A stretch of 58,574 bases of DNA. Source: an archaeon. Lineage in GTDB: Archaea > Nanobdellota > Nanobdellia > Woesearchaeales > ARS49. Location of the stretch: the NCBI GenBank assembly GCA_020051845.1, contig JAGVQG010000017.1, forward strand, positions 1 to 58,574, written 5' to 3'. The notes under the pieces were generated by a model. The model saw nothing but the letters and a program-made list of their open reading frames with translations. It had not been told where the DNA came from and searched no databases. How positions within the stretch are numbered: the first letter of the stretch is position 1; every line of letters begins with the position of its first letter. Shown here one piece after another: positions 34,121 through 43,998 of this stretch. Both the position numbers and the translations under genes were made by a program.

Positions 34121-34825
34121 ATGGCAGAAGCCCAGCGCGTACAGAAATTGTTGGCCCAAGCAGGCATCGCTTCACGACGCAAATGCGAGGAGATGATCAA
34201 GGAAGGACGCGTAAGCGTGAATGGAACGATCGTGGGAATAGGAACCAGCGCCACGACAACAGACGACATACGAGTAGACGGAAAGAAAGTCGCTTTCGAA
34301 GAAAAAGTCTACATAATGCTCAACAAACCCGTGGGAGTCACAAGCACTGTCTCTGATCCGCACGCGCGCATGACCGTCTTGGACCTTGTGAAGGTACCGC
34401 AGAGAATATTCCCCGTCGGAAGACTGGACAAGGAGACAGAAGGGCTGCTCCTCCTCACAAACGACGGCGAGCTGATGCAACACATCACGCACCCGAGCCA
34501 TGGCGTCACGAAAACATACGTCGTCAACACGGAAAGGGCTGTGAGCGACGAAGAGATAATGAAACTCAGACAAGGAATAATGCTCGAAGGGAAGAAAGTG
34601 CAGGTCAATGCCATCGAAAAACACGCGCCGACCTTCATACAATTGACGATACACGAAGGAATGAAACACATCGTGCGCAACCTATTCGCCGCTTTGAACC
34701 ACAATGTCAAAAGACTGGTGCGCGTCAAACTAGGAACGCTAGACATAGGCAATCTGGACACGGGCAAATCAAGGCCTTTGACACCCGCAGAACTTGCGAG
34801 ACTGAAGAAAGCAGCAGGACTATAG
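34121..34825 (+). CDS. pseudouridine synthase, RsuA/RluB (bacterial rRNA) family, with N-terminal S4 domain
   Basis: S4 motif RVQKLLAQAGIASRRKCEEMIKEGRVSVNG and catalytic FPVGRLDKETEGLLLLTNDGEL. I use the internal ATG at 34121, because the track extension runs antisense through the Rpp30 gene. Confidence 0.85.
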   Translation: MAEAQRVQKLLAQAGIASRRKCEEMIKEGRVSVNGTIVGIGTSATTTDDIRVDGKKVAFEEKVYIMLNKPVGVTSTVSDPHARMTVLDLVKVPQRIFPVGRLDKETEGLLLLTNDGELMQHITHPSHGVTKTYVVNTERAVSDEEIMKLRQGIMLEGKKVQVNAIEKHAPTFIQLTIHEGMKHIVRNLFAALNHNVKRLVRVKLGTLDIGNLDTGKSRPLTPAELARLKKAAGL

Positions 34826-34867
34826 AACGTCCCTTCTCCATGCAAAATCACGCGGAAACCAACAAGC

Positions 34868-34875
34868 TTTATAAA
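34868..34875 (+). promoter_or_regulatory. TATA box (TTTATAAA) upstream of rpl34e
   Basis: About 26 nt upstream of the ATG at 34898. Confidence 0.5.
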
Positions 34876-34897
34876 CCCCCCCTTTGTCCACGAACAT

Positions 34898-35167
34898 ATG
34901 GTAACACCAGCACAGACAAAATCGAGATCTCTGCGACGCGTCCATATAACGACGCCCGGCGGAAGGACGGTCATACACTACCGCCCAAGGCCCCACAGCA
35001 AAGCCCAATGCGGTAACTGCAAGAAGGACCTTCAAGCGGTCATGACTGCAAGACCTCGACTACTGGCTAACTACGCCAAGACCGAACGCAGGCCAGAAAG
35101 ACCATACGGCGGAATGCTGTGCAGCAAGTGCAGCCGCGCGCTGATCAAGTCAAAGGCACGCGCATAA
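34898..35167 (+). CDS. rpl34e: 50S ribosomal protein L34e (eL34)
   Basis: RRVHITTPGGRTVIHY...CGNC...RPYGG.LCSKC pattern. Confidence 0.9.
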   Translation: MVTPAQTKSRSLRRVHITTPGGRTVIHYRPRPHSKAQCGNCKKDLQAVMTARPRLLANYAKTERRPERPYGGMLCSKCSRALIKSKARA

Positions 35168-35234
35168 TCACGTTCATAAAAATCAATCCTCCCGAGTCAG
35201 CGGCGACGCACTCAGGAGAGCGGAGGAAAAAACA

Positions 35235-35609
35235 ATGGTATTCGACATAGGAAGGGTCTGCGTAAAACTCGCAGGAAGAGACGCCGGAAAGAAGTGCGTC
35301 ATCGTTGAAATTCTAGAGAACGGCTACGTGCTCGTCGACGGCGAAACCCGCCGACGCAAGTGCAACATACTGCACCTCGAACCGACAAAGAACACTGTCG
35401 GGATCTCTTCAAAGGCATCGCACGACGAAGTCTGCAAAGCGCTCGACATCGAGGTCAACAAGGGCAAGCCGAAGAAAGCCGCTGCTCGACCGAAGAAGCA
35501 GAGAAAGACGGTCGCCAAACCCGCGCCTGCTGCGAAGTCTGCCGCAAACGCAGCGCCGAAAGCGCCTGCCAAGAAAGCGGCACCTAAAGCCGCAGAAAAA
35601 ACCGCGTAA
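35235..35609 (+). CDS. rpl14e: 50S ribosomal protein L14e (eL14) with a Lys/Ala/Pro-rich C-terminal extension
   Basis: KOW-like IGRVCVKLAGRDAGKKCVIVEILENGYVLVDG. GGAGG SD. The tail is KGKPKKAAARPKKQRKTVAKPAPAAKSAANAAPKAPAKKAAPKAAEKTA. Confidence 0.85.
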   Translation: MVFDIGRVCVKLAGRDAGKKCVIVEILENGYVLVDGETRRRKCNILHLEPTKNTVGISSKASHDEVCKALDIEVNKGKPKKAAARPKKQRKTVAKPAPAAKSAANAAPKAPAKKAAPKAAEKTA

Positions 35610-35616
35610 AACGAGA

Positions 35617-37272
35617 TTATCGCTCGTTGACAGCGTCGAACAATGCGTCCAGATCCAGCTCTACGACGACCGTCGGCATGTCAAGACCCCAATTCTGCAT
35701 GACCTGAGGGTGCACCTCGCCAAGGGTCGCGATCGGACGCTTTCCGACGGACAAAACCGCGACACGACCTTCGATGGCCCAGGCGTCTTCCGCTTCTGAG
35801 AGCGTGAACCCAATACCCAGGAGACGCAGCAGATATTCCACATGCTGACGTGCATCGGTGTAATCCGCGCGCATGTGGCTGATCGCGATCCCCAACGACG
35901 AGGTCTCGGAAATCCCGGTGTCGGCCTTCGGATCCTTGCCGAAGACAGTGCCGACGCAGAAAATCTTCTGCGGATAGTCGCGATGCTTGTTGGCGCGAAG
36001 CACATTGAGCAATGACGGCACCATCGACGCACGCAGGACGCTGTACTCCTTGTTGGTCTTGTTGATGAGCTGGATCACCGGTTTTTTCAGGTTTGTGCGC
36101 GAAGTCTGGTTCTCGAGACTGTCGAGATGATAGGTGCTGATCTCCAACAAACCCAAACCCACGAGCAGCGACGCAACGCGCGACTTGAATTCCTGGCAAC
36201 GGTCGGCGACAGCGACGAGCGAGACGGGAGAGGGTAATGGCTGGATGTTGTCCATGCCGACGGCGAGCATGATCTCCTCGGCGATGTCGACCGCGTGCAG
36301 GATATCGACCCTGTACGGAGGAACTATCGCTTTCCGGGCAGAATAGCCGATACCTACCTTGGCAAGCGCCTGCTTGACCTCGGTCTCCTTGAGCGACAGA
36401 CCAAGACGCCTGTTGACATCATCTATGCTGAAAGGCACCGACGCATTCTTGAGATCGGGAGTGATGCGCTTCGAAGCGCCGTATTCCACATCGACGGAGT
36501 GTATCGTTCCGCCCTCGTCCGCCAAAGAACACACAATGATGTTGAGCAGCTTGTCGAGCACGCCCTGATCAAAGCCGGAACACTCGATGAACACGTCGGT
36601 CGTGCCAGGGGTGACGCGGCCGGTCATCTCGGAATTAATTATCGGGGGCATCGACAGCACGTTGTTGTTGGCGTCGATGAAAATAGGGAACTTGTCAAGA
36701 CCCTGCAGCAGATTGCCGTAATCCTGGCCTGCCGGATGCGTGCTCAGGATCTGGGTGGCCGTCATCTCACGGCTGGACTCGAGCGGCGTGAAACGGATCT
36801 CGGAAGGCACACGCGCCTCATAGCTCACGGGCCAAGCGATTTTCTCCAACGGATAGACGCCGATAGCGGCTTTCCTGCGGTTGCGGCAATAGGTCTGATG
36901 CAGCTTCTCCTGCATCTGCACTACCTCCTTGATCTTCTCGTCGGTGAATGTTATACCTGTGACGACGGCGCACGCAGTCTTAGGCCGCACCTTGCCGACG
37001 CTCTTCTGCACGACGACCTTGAACTGCGGCTTCCTCGCCTCGTAGCTCCGCAACCCCTTGCGCACGCCGAGCATGCACGCGATCGACCGGGCGATGCCTG
37101 TCTCTGAAAGATAGTCCGGCCTGTTGGCCAAGGTCTCGACAGTGACTTTGTCATCGTCAAATCCCTCGGGGCTGATGCCGAGACGCACGAGGACATCCTC
37201 GAGCACCTCATCGGTCAGTCTCTTCCCCACAAGCCGTTCCAACGCCGCCCTTGAAAGTGTTATAGTCGACAT
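35617..37272 (-). CDS. pheT: phenylalanine--tRNA ligase beta subunit (archaeal type)
   Basis: 551 aa with B3/4 and B5 patterns. Immediately downstream of pheS. Confidence 0.93.
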   Translation of the reverse strand: MSTITLSRAALERLVGKRLTDEVLEDVLVRLGISPEGFDDDKVTVETLANRPDYLSETGIARSIACMLGVRKGLRSYEARKPQFKVVVQKSVGKVRPKTACAVVTGITFTDEKIKEVVQMQEKLHQTYCRNRRKAAIGVYPLEKIAWPVSYEARVPSEIRFTPLESSREMTATQILSTHPAGQDYGNLLQGLDKFPIFIDANNNVLSMPPIINSEMTGRVTPGTTDVFIECSGFDQGVLDKLLNIIVCSLADEGGTIHSVDVEYGASKRITPDLKNASVPFSIDDVNRRLGLSLKETEVKQALAKVGIGYSARKAIVPPYRVDILHAVDIAEEIMLAVGMDNIQPLPSPVSLVAVADRCQEFKSRVASLLVGLGLLEISTYHLDSLENQTSRTNLKKPVIQLINKTNKEYSVLRASMVPSLLNVLRANKHRDYPQKIFCVGTVFGKDPKADTGISETSSLGIAISHMRADYTDARQHVEYLLRLLGIGFTLSEAEDAWAIEGRVAVLSVGKRPIATLGEVHPQVMQNWGLDMPTVVVELDLDALFDAVNER

Positions 37273-38793
37273 TTATCTCAACCACGCTTTTATCGTCCTG
37301 AGCTGTTCGATATCGTTCGAGTACATGTCAGGCAGATTCATCTTGTAATAATCGGTTATCACGCGCTCAAGCCCCTGGCCCCAGGCAAGCACGGGCACGT
37401 CCTTGCCAAGCAAAGGAACGACGACCTCTGGACGCAGGATACCCGCGCCTCCGAGCTCGACCCACTCCTTGCGGACAGGATGGAAGACAGAGACCTCGAA
37501 ACTGGGCTCCGTATAGGGGAAGAACGACGGAGCAAGACGGACTTCCGAGTATCCCATCTTGCTGTAGAACTCCTTCAGGTAGAACATCAGATGACGAAGA
37601 TTCGCGTCCGGATCCACCACGATGCCCTCGAACTGGTGGAACTCGAAAAGATGCTTCCAGTCGAGCGCCTCGTTGCGGAAAACCCTGCCGACGGCGAAGA
37701 ATTTCGCGGGCAACGGTGCGTCCTTGAGCGCCGCGATCGTCCTCGCGCTGAGCACGGTGTTGTGCGTGCGCAGCACCAGCTGCTTCGCGATGTCATCGGT
37801 CCACTCACCGCCCCAGCCGCTGCCGCCACCGACGCCTTTCTCGTGCGCCGCCTTGACGCGCTTCGCGACATCCGCGGGGATCGTGGCCTTGCCTTCGACG
37901 AAGAACGTGTCCTGCATGTCGCGCGCAGGGTGGTCCTGGGGGACGAAAAGCACATCCAGATTCCAGAACGCGGGCTGCACAAGCGTGCCGGTCATCTCCG
38001 TGAAACCCATGTCCATCCAAATACGCCTGATGTATGAAATCCCTTCCTCGACGAAATGACGGCGGCCGCCGTTGATGCGAGGCACGTGAGCGGTCAGGTC
38101 ATAGCGGCGGAAGCGCTTCTGCTTCCAATCACCCGAGCGCAACATATCAGGCGTCAATGCGTCGATCACCTTACCATCGCCGACACCTCGCTCTACCAGG
38201 GTCTGGCCAAGAGGGGTCAACCGAACGCTGCGGCTCTTGATCTTCTCGACGACGACCAGCTGCTTGCGGGAACGCATCTGCTGCAAAAGCCTCTTCTCAG
38301 GCTCGGGCAACGCATCCACCTGCCTCGGGAACTCGGTCTTGAGGAAATCCTCCTCAGGAAGGGCGGCATCGCGAAGCTTCGCTCCCTGGGGCGTCAGCGA
38401 CACCACAAGATCCTTCTCCTTGGACAGAATGATGGCGCCTTTCTGGCGCAGCAGGCCGATGCAGATGTTCGCCTCCTCCTTGCTCAGGTCAGCCTTGGAA
38501 ATCAGCCTTGGCAGCGGCAGCGGCTTATCCGCCAGCGCGGCCAGGAACCTGCGTTCGGGAAGACCCTGCTTGAGATATCTCTGGCCGTTCACGTCGAGCC
38601 GGACTATGTCCGACTCGTGGACATCAAGCGTGACGACACCCTTGTTCTGCAACCACTGCAGAGCCCGCATGACCTCGACCTCCTTGAGTTTCGAGGCCTT
38701 CATCAGGTCATCTACGGAGGCGTGCGCCTTGATGAAAGGCAGCACGGTCCGCTCGAGCGGGTGGAGCGTGTCGACTAGCTTCTGTATGTCCAT
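37273..38793 (-). CDS. pheS: phenylalanine--tRNA ligase alpha subunit (archaeal type)
   Basis: N-terminal winged-helix repeats plus a class II core (FFVPQDHPARDMQDTF, FRNEALDWKHLFEFHQFEG, GAGILRPEV). Confidence 0.95.
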   Translation of the reverse strand: MDIQKLVDTLHPLERTVLPFIKAHASVDDLMKASKLKEVEVMRALQWLQNKGVVTLDVHESDIVRLDVNGQRYLKQGLPERRFLAALADKPLPLPRLISKADLSKEEANICIGLLRQKGAIILSKEKDLVVSLTPQGAKLRDAALPEEDFLKTEFPRQVDALPEPEKRLLQQMRSRKQLVVVEKIKSRSVRLTPLGQTLVERGVGDGKVIDALTPDMLRSGDWKQKRFRRYDLTAHVPRINGGRRHFVEEGISYIRRIWMDMGFTEMTGTLVQPAFWNLDVLFVPQDHPARDMQDTFFVEGKATIPADVAKRVKAAHEKGVGGGSGWGGEWTDDIAKQLVLRTHNTVLSARTIAALKDAPLPAKFFAVGRVFRNEALDWKHLFEFHQFEGIVVDPDANLRHLMFYLKEFYSKMGYSEVRLAPSFFPYTEPSFEVSVFHPVRKEWVELGGAGILRPEVVVPLLGKDVPVLAWGQGLERVITDYYKMNLPDMYSNDIEQLRTIKAWLR

Positions 38794-38808
38794 GTGAACA
38801 CTATCCCA

Positions 38809-39618
38809 TCACTTGATCACTGGATTCTTCATTCCCTTCCACGCGGTATCGAAGAGACCTTCCAACGCGTTCGCGAAGAACGGCGTGTTCGCCCAGATGC
38901 CGATGTCATAGGTCGGATGGACTTCCTCGTCATTCATGACCATGAAGACAAGCTCCTTTCCGTCGACGATGCAGAAGCGCGCCTTGGAATCCGTCTGGCG
39001 GACCTCGGCGACCTTGCCCAATTCCTTGAACGTGTTCTTGTTCTCCTTCGTGAGAGGCGCCGCGATCCGTATCTTGACGCCGCGCTTCTTGAGCTTCTCC
39101 AGCACAGGCATCATACCCTCGGCCTTGCGGATCAGACCCTGCGACGTCGTCATCAGCGTTATGCTGGTGTTGGCGTTGCGGATCGTGTGCTCAAGATGAT
39201 TGTACAGGTTGTGCCTGCCACGGAGACTGCCCGAGACGTCGGACGGCTCGATGAGCTCGATGCCCTGCGTGTGCAGAAGGTTGAGCTCGCCGAGGATGTC
39301 CGTGTTCTTGAGGTCCTCGAGGCGCTTGATCTTCTCCTGTGCCTCGGAGTGCATGTTCTTCTTGACACGCTCGACGACCTCTTCCGGAGGAACGGTGATG
39401 TACTTGATGGGCTTGCCTAACTTCATGATGACGAAGCCCTTCTTCTCGAGAGATTCGAGGACATCATAGCTCCTGGACCTCGGCACATTGGCGATGTCCG
39501 ACAACTCACCTGCTGTCGAGACGCCACGCGATAGCAACGCTGCCCAAATCTTAACCTCATATAGGTTCAAAGCAAAATATCTACGTAACTGGCTCAAAAA
39601 CTCCTCTTTGACGATCAT
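38809..39618 (-). CDS. TrmB-family transcriptional regulator
   Basis: LYEVKIWAALLSRGVSTAGELSDIANVPRSRSYDVLESLEKKGFV plus a C-terminal TrmB-type domain. Confidence 0.8.
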   Translation of the reverse strand: MIVKEEFLSQLRRYFALNLYEVKIWAALLSRGVSTAGELSDIANVPRSRSYDVLESLEKKGFVIMKLGKPIKYITVPPEEVVERVKKNMHSEAQEKIKRLEDLKNTDILGELNLLHTQGIELIEPSDVSGSLRGRHNLYNHLEHTIRNANTSITLMTTSQGLIRKAEGMMPVLEKLKKRGVKIRIAAPLTKENKNTFKELGKVAEVRQTDSKARFCIVDGKELVFMVMNDEEVHPTYDIGIWANTPFFANALEGLFDTAWKGMKNPVIK

Positions 39619-39779
39619 ACTACCACACCCCCCCTTTTTTACCGTACAATGGAATTTCTATCTTGTGGGGGTGAAAGTTTACCACTATTAATATGTTACG
39701 TTTCCCCCCTTCTGAAACAGGATGACAAAAACGTGTTGATACCAATTAGTGGCACTTGTTATATATAGACACGCAGTGG

Positions 39780-40817
39780 TCAAGAAAGCCTGAACCTGAG
39801 AATCGCGGCGATGCCGCCAAGACCGTCGAGCTTCTTTCCGCCATCGTTGGTGCTCGCGACGATCACGACCTCACCCTTGCCTGAATCGACCTGCCGCATC
39901 AGGGCGTCTATCGGGCCGAATGAATCGTCCCTGCGCGCGGCCGCGATCCTGCCGTCGCTGATCAGCAGCGTCGAGACGGCGCCGTTCTCGGCGGCTGTCC
40001 GCACGTCAGCCAATCCATAGGCGACGGCGCTGCCCTTCGCGATTCCGGCCAGCAACTGCTCGACAAGACGGGACTCGTGCGTCGTGCGATCCTGCGCAAG
40101 CGCGGTCCTCACCTCATCACGACGAAGCACCTCGTTGATGGCCTGCTCATGGCCGCCCGCGCTCGTGGCCAACACCACCTTCTTGCGGATGCTGTCGGGC
40201 ACGAAAGGAAGGAATTCCTCCTTCCAGAATGCAGGACTCGCGAGGACTATGGACGCGGGATGCAAACGCTCGTCATAATCCTTGATGACAGACGCGAGCT
40301 CGTCGAAGAACTGCTTGCCGATGTGTTGCTGAAGCCTCTTGCGTTCCACCTGACCTGACAGCCGCATCAGGAGTTGGTATCCGCTGCGACGCATCATCGC
40401 GATGGCGGCCTCCTCGCGATCGAACACCACGATAAGCACGGGTGGTGGTTGGGTGTCACAGGCCTGACGAAGACGCTGCACCTGGTCATGACCCCAGTGC
40501 GGCTTGACCATGGTTATGCTGGTGCCTGGCGAAACGAGGAAACTATGGTGCTCACCGCTCGGCACATCCTGAGTACCCTCGCGCACCACACCCAAAACAC
40601 GCAACGACTCACCCTCGAAGGCGACCTTCTCCACATCAAGGCTCAATACCATGGTCTTGCGCTCGCTTGACGACTCACCGACCTGGATCTTGCGGGTGGT
40701 GAGCGCCGTGCAGCGGTCACCTGCCTCGATGATCGTGCTAAGAAGCCATACATCATCAGCGTTCTCGGGCGTGACACGCCAGTGGCCGGTCTTAAGGTTC
40801 TGGGTCTCTGATTTCAT
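39780..40817 (-). CDS. pelA: mRNA surveillance protein Pelota (Dom34)
   Basis: Full-length Pelota pattern. I prefer the ATG at 40815-40817 (MKSETQNL...), about 27 nt downstream of the TATA, over the ATG at 40841 that abuts the TATA. Confidence 0.88.
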   Translation of the reverse strand: MKSETQNLKTGHWRVTPENADDVWLLSTIIEAGDRCTALTTRKIQVGESSSERKTMVLSLDVEKVAFEGESLRVLGVVREGTQDVPSGEHHSFLVSPGTSITMVKPHWGHDQVQRLRQACDTQPPPVLIVVFDREEAAIAMMRRSGYQLLMRLSGQVERKRLQQHIGKQFFDELASVIKDYDERLHPASIVLASPAFWKEEFLPFVPDSIRKKVVLATSAGGHEQAINEVLRRDEVRTALAQDRTTHESRLVEQLLAGIAKGSAVAYGLADVRTAAENGAVSTLLISDGRIAAARRDDSFGPIDALMRQVDSGKGEVVIVASTNDGGKKLDGLGGIAAILRFRLS

Positions 40818-40840
40818 CACCGAGGATATGCAGACAAACA

Positions 40841-40848
40841 TTTATATA
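40841..40848. promoter_or_regulatory. single A/T-palindromic TATA element (TTTATATA) between divergent pelota and the envelope operon
   Basis: About 27 nt from the pelota ATG (40817) and about 20 nt from the 40864 ATG. Confidence 0.45.
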
Positions 40849-40863
40849 GTTTCGTAGAAGCCA

Positions 40864-42075
40864 ATGACTAACAAAAAAAGCAAGGTGCAGAGAGTGCGGA
40901 ACAACAAACGCGCCCAAGGAGGCTCAGCGGCCACAGTAATCGGCATCATCACTCTCCTCTTCGTGTTCTACATATTGTTCATACCCCCAGAAGAGAGGGT
41001 CAAACTCCTCCTGGATGACGGAGAAGACGGCAGTCACACATACACCAGCGACACCTACAACAGGACACTCCTGCTCGCAAACATCGGAAGGCTCGACTAC
41101 ATAGCCGAAAGCGCCTATGACCACACGATGCCGAACGCCTACCTCACCATGTCGAAGAACGCCCAAGTCATATCCGCGTTCAGCCCATTCGTGATAGAGC
41201 ACAGCACATTCACCAACAAGAACAAGGAAGTCACTTTCAACATACTCGAACCAGACAAGACCGAGAACGTGCTACTGGTGTTCGAGGCGCCTGTACGCAC
41301 AGGAGTACTCACGGTAAAACTGAACAACCAAGTCATATTCGAATCCACCATCGACTCGCAGAATCCAGCGCCAATACCTCTACGCCGTGCGCAACTAAGC
41401 AACATCAACACACTGTCCTTCGAGCTCAACGGCGTCGGCATGGCATTCTGGCGTACGAACGAGATGCAGTTCCGCAACGTACAAGTCATCGGCGACGTGA
41501 GCGATGAACAATACCAACGCAGCACCACGGTCTTCACCCTCATCGAAGAGGAGGCTCGCAACATGAAGAAAGCGACGCTATGGTTCTACCCTGTCTGCGA
41601 CCGCAACCAGGTGGGCCTTGTCGAGGCCTTCGTCAACGACAACCGCGTGCTCAGCGAGCGGCCTGACTGCGACAGCATAAACAAGATCGAACTCGACACC
41701 AATAAGCTGCACACCGGCGCCAACACGCTCCAGATGCGCACGACACAGGGCACGATGCGCATCGAACAGATCCGCATCAAGACAGAACTCGAAAGCACGA
41801 AAAGCTACGTCGATTACTTCTTCCTCAACCAGACCGAATACGAGCGCGTCCAGAACGGCGACCGCCATGTGAAGCTCCAGATGGACTTCGTCGATGACAA
41901 TCAGGACAAGATAGGCACGGTCAACATAAACGGCCGGCTAAGCACATTCGACCAAACCAATGCGACCTACCGCAAGGACGTCAGCGACGTCGTGCAGGAA
42001 GGCAACAACTATGTCGAACTGCGGCCTGAGACCGTCCTCAACGTCGTCAGGCTCGGAGTTCTGCTGGAGCGGTGA
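40864..42075 (+). CDS. prepilin-like N-terminus protein with three similar beta-sandwich-like modules, 403 aa
   Basis: NNKRA/QGGSAATVIGIITLLFVFYILFI. Three recurring segments: GVLTVKLNNQVIFES...NTLSFEL, GLVEAFVNDNRVLSE...NTLQMRT, GTVNINGRLSTFD...NYVELRP. Confidence 0.65.
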   Translation: MTNKKSKVQRVRNNKRAQGGSAATVIGIITLLFVFYILFIPPEERVKLLLDDGEDGSHTYTSDTYNRTLLLANIGRLDYIAESAYDHTMPNAYLTMSKNAQVISAFSPFVIEHSTFTNKNKEVTFNILEPDKTENVLLVFEAPVRTGVLTVKLNNQVIFESTIDSQNPAPIPLRRAQLSNINTLSFELNGVGMAFWRTNEMQFRNVQVIGDVSDEQYQRSTTVFTLIEEEARNMKKATLWFYPVCDRNQVGLVEAFVNDNRVLSERPDCDSINKIELDTNKLHTGANTLQMRTTQGTMRIEQIRIKTELESTKSYVDYFFLNQTEYERVQNGDRHVKLQMDFVDDNQDKIGTVNINGRLSTFDQTNATYRKDVSDVVQEGNNYVELRPETVLNVVRLGVLLER

Positions 42076-43998
42076 ATGGCAGAGGAACGCACAGGAGTAG
42101 CCGTAAAAGGCTTCTTCCTAATCGCCCTGTGTCTTTATGCGGTCGACTTCGTCTTCCGAGTAGGACTCGGATTCGGACAGGATGCGGCGACGGGAATAAC
42201 CACCATCCTGTTCATAGGCTACATCTTCCTCGCGGTCTGGGCCGCATTCGGAATATTCAAGGTGGATGACCAGCATGAGCGCCTGAAGAACTTCGGTAAA
42301 TACCTACTGATGGCATTCATAGCCACGTTCGCGCCCAACATAGTGAACCAACTCTACAAGATATTCCCTGGCATAGCGACACAACTGCTATTCGGGCTCG
42401 CTGTCGCGTTCATCAGCCAGATATGGCTCTGGTACGTCTTCATGAACTACGGAGAGCAGATGGGAAAGCTGCTCTACTGGATCTTCCTGATATACATATT
42501 CTCGCTGATAATCGCGGTGATTTATGGAACAGGCCTCGCGGCATCGCTGAGCAAGATAGACATCGCCAACGGAAAAGGCATCGCACAGCAGCAGATGTAC
42601 AAGGACGTCTACACAAGAACGTACGAAGGCATCGCGTCGATAATACTCACGGGGAAAATCGCGACACAGAAAGGGGAACAGAAACTCAACGAGACGTTAT
42701 CCTACGCCACCGGCGATTATTACACGGGCCAGGTCGACAAAAAAGCGGTGATACCCAACAAGGTCGAACTCAAGGAGCTGACGGCGACACAGGCTGAATT
42801 CAAGGACTACGAACCTGTCTCGGTATACGCGACCCTAAGCACCCAAATGATCGACATGACACCTCCGCCCACGGCGACCATAACCTGCAATGCGGCCAAC
42901 GACGGAGCAAAGGGCATAGTGAAGAGCTACAGCGCAACACCTAAACCCGAACAGGTCGAACTGCGCCCCTTCGACGCATGGGACATAACCTGCAGCTTCA
43001 AGGAAGGCACATTCAAGGACCCGCCGACAAAACAAGCCATAATCAACATCTCAGTGCAATTCGACTTCTCGACCCAGGCATACCTGAAGACCTACTGGAT
43101 GGACAAGGCGCGATTGCAGGAACTCAAGACCGCAAAGCAGGATCCGTTGGCGATCTACGACATAGCCGACAAGAATCCCGTAACCATCTACACGAGCGGA
43201 CCGCTCAAGACAGGAATGCGGCTGTCGTCGCAATCGGTCCAGGGATTGGACAAGACCATTGAGAGTGATTTCACGCTGGGTGTGACGATGGACAACGCCT
43301 GGAACGGAAAGATAGCACAACTGCGCAGCCTCGTCGTCTTCGTGCCGAAGGGAATGCGCATCGTCAGCACAGTGGGCCAGGAACAACCACCCAAGCAGAT
43401 CGCCTGCAACGACGACGCCATAGCAAAGACAGGACAGGTCGAAGCATGCGATGACACGCTCAACAACATCTACTACCTCGAACCAAAGAGAGTCGACGCT
43501 TCGAAGTTCCTTACGCTGATCTTCAACATAAAGGCAGGACCTGCCGACTACGAGAAGATACTCTCGAAAGCGCCGATAACCGCGCGCTACTTCAAGACGA
43601 CGGCGGCATACACATACGTCATAAACCGCGTATTGAACGTACCCATAATGCCAACACAACAGGCAACGGTATCCGGCGGCACACTCGACAACGTGGCGGC
43701 GCTTGTCGTCGGCAATCCGACAACGACGACTACAGGCACTGAAGCGATAGTGAGCTACACCACCAACCAACTCACAAAGGACAAAATCACCCACTACTCA
43801 CCTACACTCGGGACCGCGTTCGTCGACGTATTCGAAGACGGCTACGCAGGCAAGAACGAGACGGCCGAGCACACAGTGCACATCAGCGGACTGGTGCCGA
43901 ACACCAAATACAATTACAAGATCACCTCTTTGAACAGGAACAACATCAAGGCAGTCAACCAGGAAGAGAACTACACCTTCACGACAGGCGCATCATGA
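42076..43998 (+). CDS. polytopic membrane protein (about 5 N-terminal TM) with a large ectodomain and FN3-like C-terminus, 640 aa
   Basis: TM runs FFLIALCLYAVDFVF, ILFIGYIFLAVWAAFGIF, YLLMAFIATFAP, LLFGLAVAFISQIWLWYVFM, WIFLIYIFSLIIAVIYG. C-terminal HTVHISGLVPNTKYNYKITS...YTFTT. Confidence 0.7.
   Translation: MAEERTGVAVKGFFLIALCLYAVDFVFRVGLGFGQDAATGITTILFIGYIFLAVWAAFGIFKVDDQHERLKNFGKYLLMAFIATFAPNIVNQLYKIFPGIATQLLFGLAVAFISQIWLWYVFMNYGEQMGKLLYWIFLIYIFSLIIAVIYGTGLAASLSKIDIANGKGIAQQQMYKDVYTRTYEGIASIILTGKIATQKGEQKLNETLSYATGDYYTGQVDKKAVIPNKVELKELTATQAEFKDYEPVSVYATLSTQMIDMTPPPTATITCNAANDGAKGIVKSYSATPKPEQVELRPFDAWDITCSFKEGTFKDPPTKQAIINISVQFDFSTQAYLKTYWMDKARLQELKTAKQDPLAIYDIADKNPVTIYTSGPLKTGMRLSSQSVQGLDKTIESDFTLGVTMDNAWNGKIAQLRSLVVFVPKGMRIVSTVGQEQPPKQIACNDDAIAKTGQVEACDDTLNNIYYLEPKRVDASKFLTLIFNIKAGPADYEKILSKAPITARYFKTTAAYTYVINRVLNVPIMPTQQATVSGGTLDNVAALVVGNPTTTTTGTEAIVSYTTNQLTKDKITHYSPTLGTAFVDVFEDGYAGKNETAEHTVHISGLVPNTKYNYKITSLNRNNIKAVNQEENYTFTTGAS

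Noticed and set aside
35188-35218. Hairpin between rpl34e and rpl14e as a regulatory element
   Set aside because: It is a 9-bp stem with one mismatch and a 12-nt loop. It does not sequester the GGAGG SD and no T-tract follows it, so it is too weak to call.
39619-39779. ncRNA in the TrmB/Pelota spacer
   Set aside because: It has only a 7-bp C/G stem (CACCCCC/GGGGGTG) with a 30-nt loop and C/T-rich runs. It is more simply explained as the pelota terminator (T5 at about 39728-39732 on minus) plus the TrmB promoter and leader.
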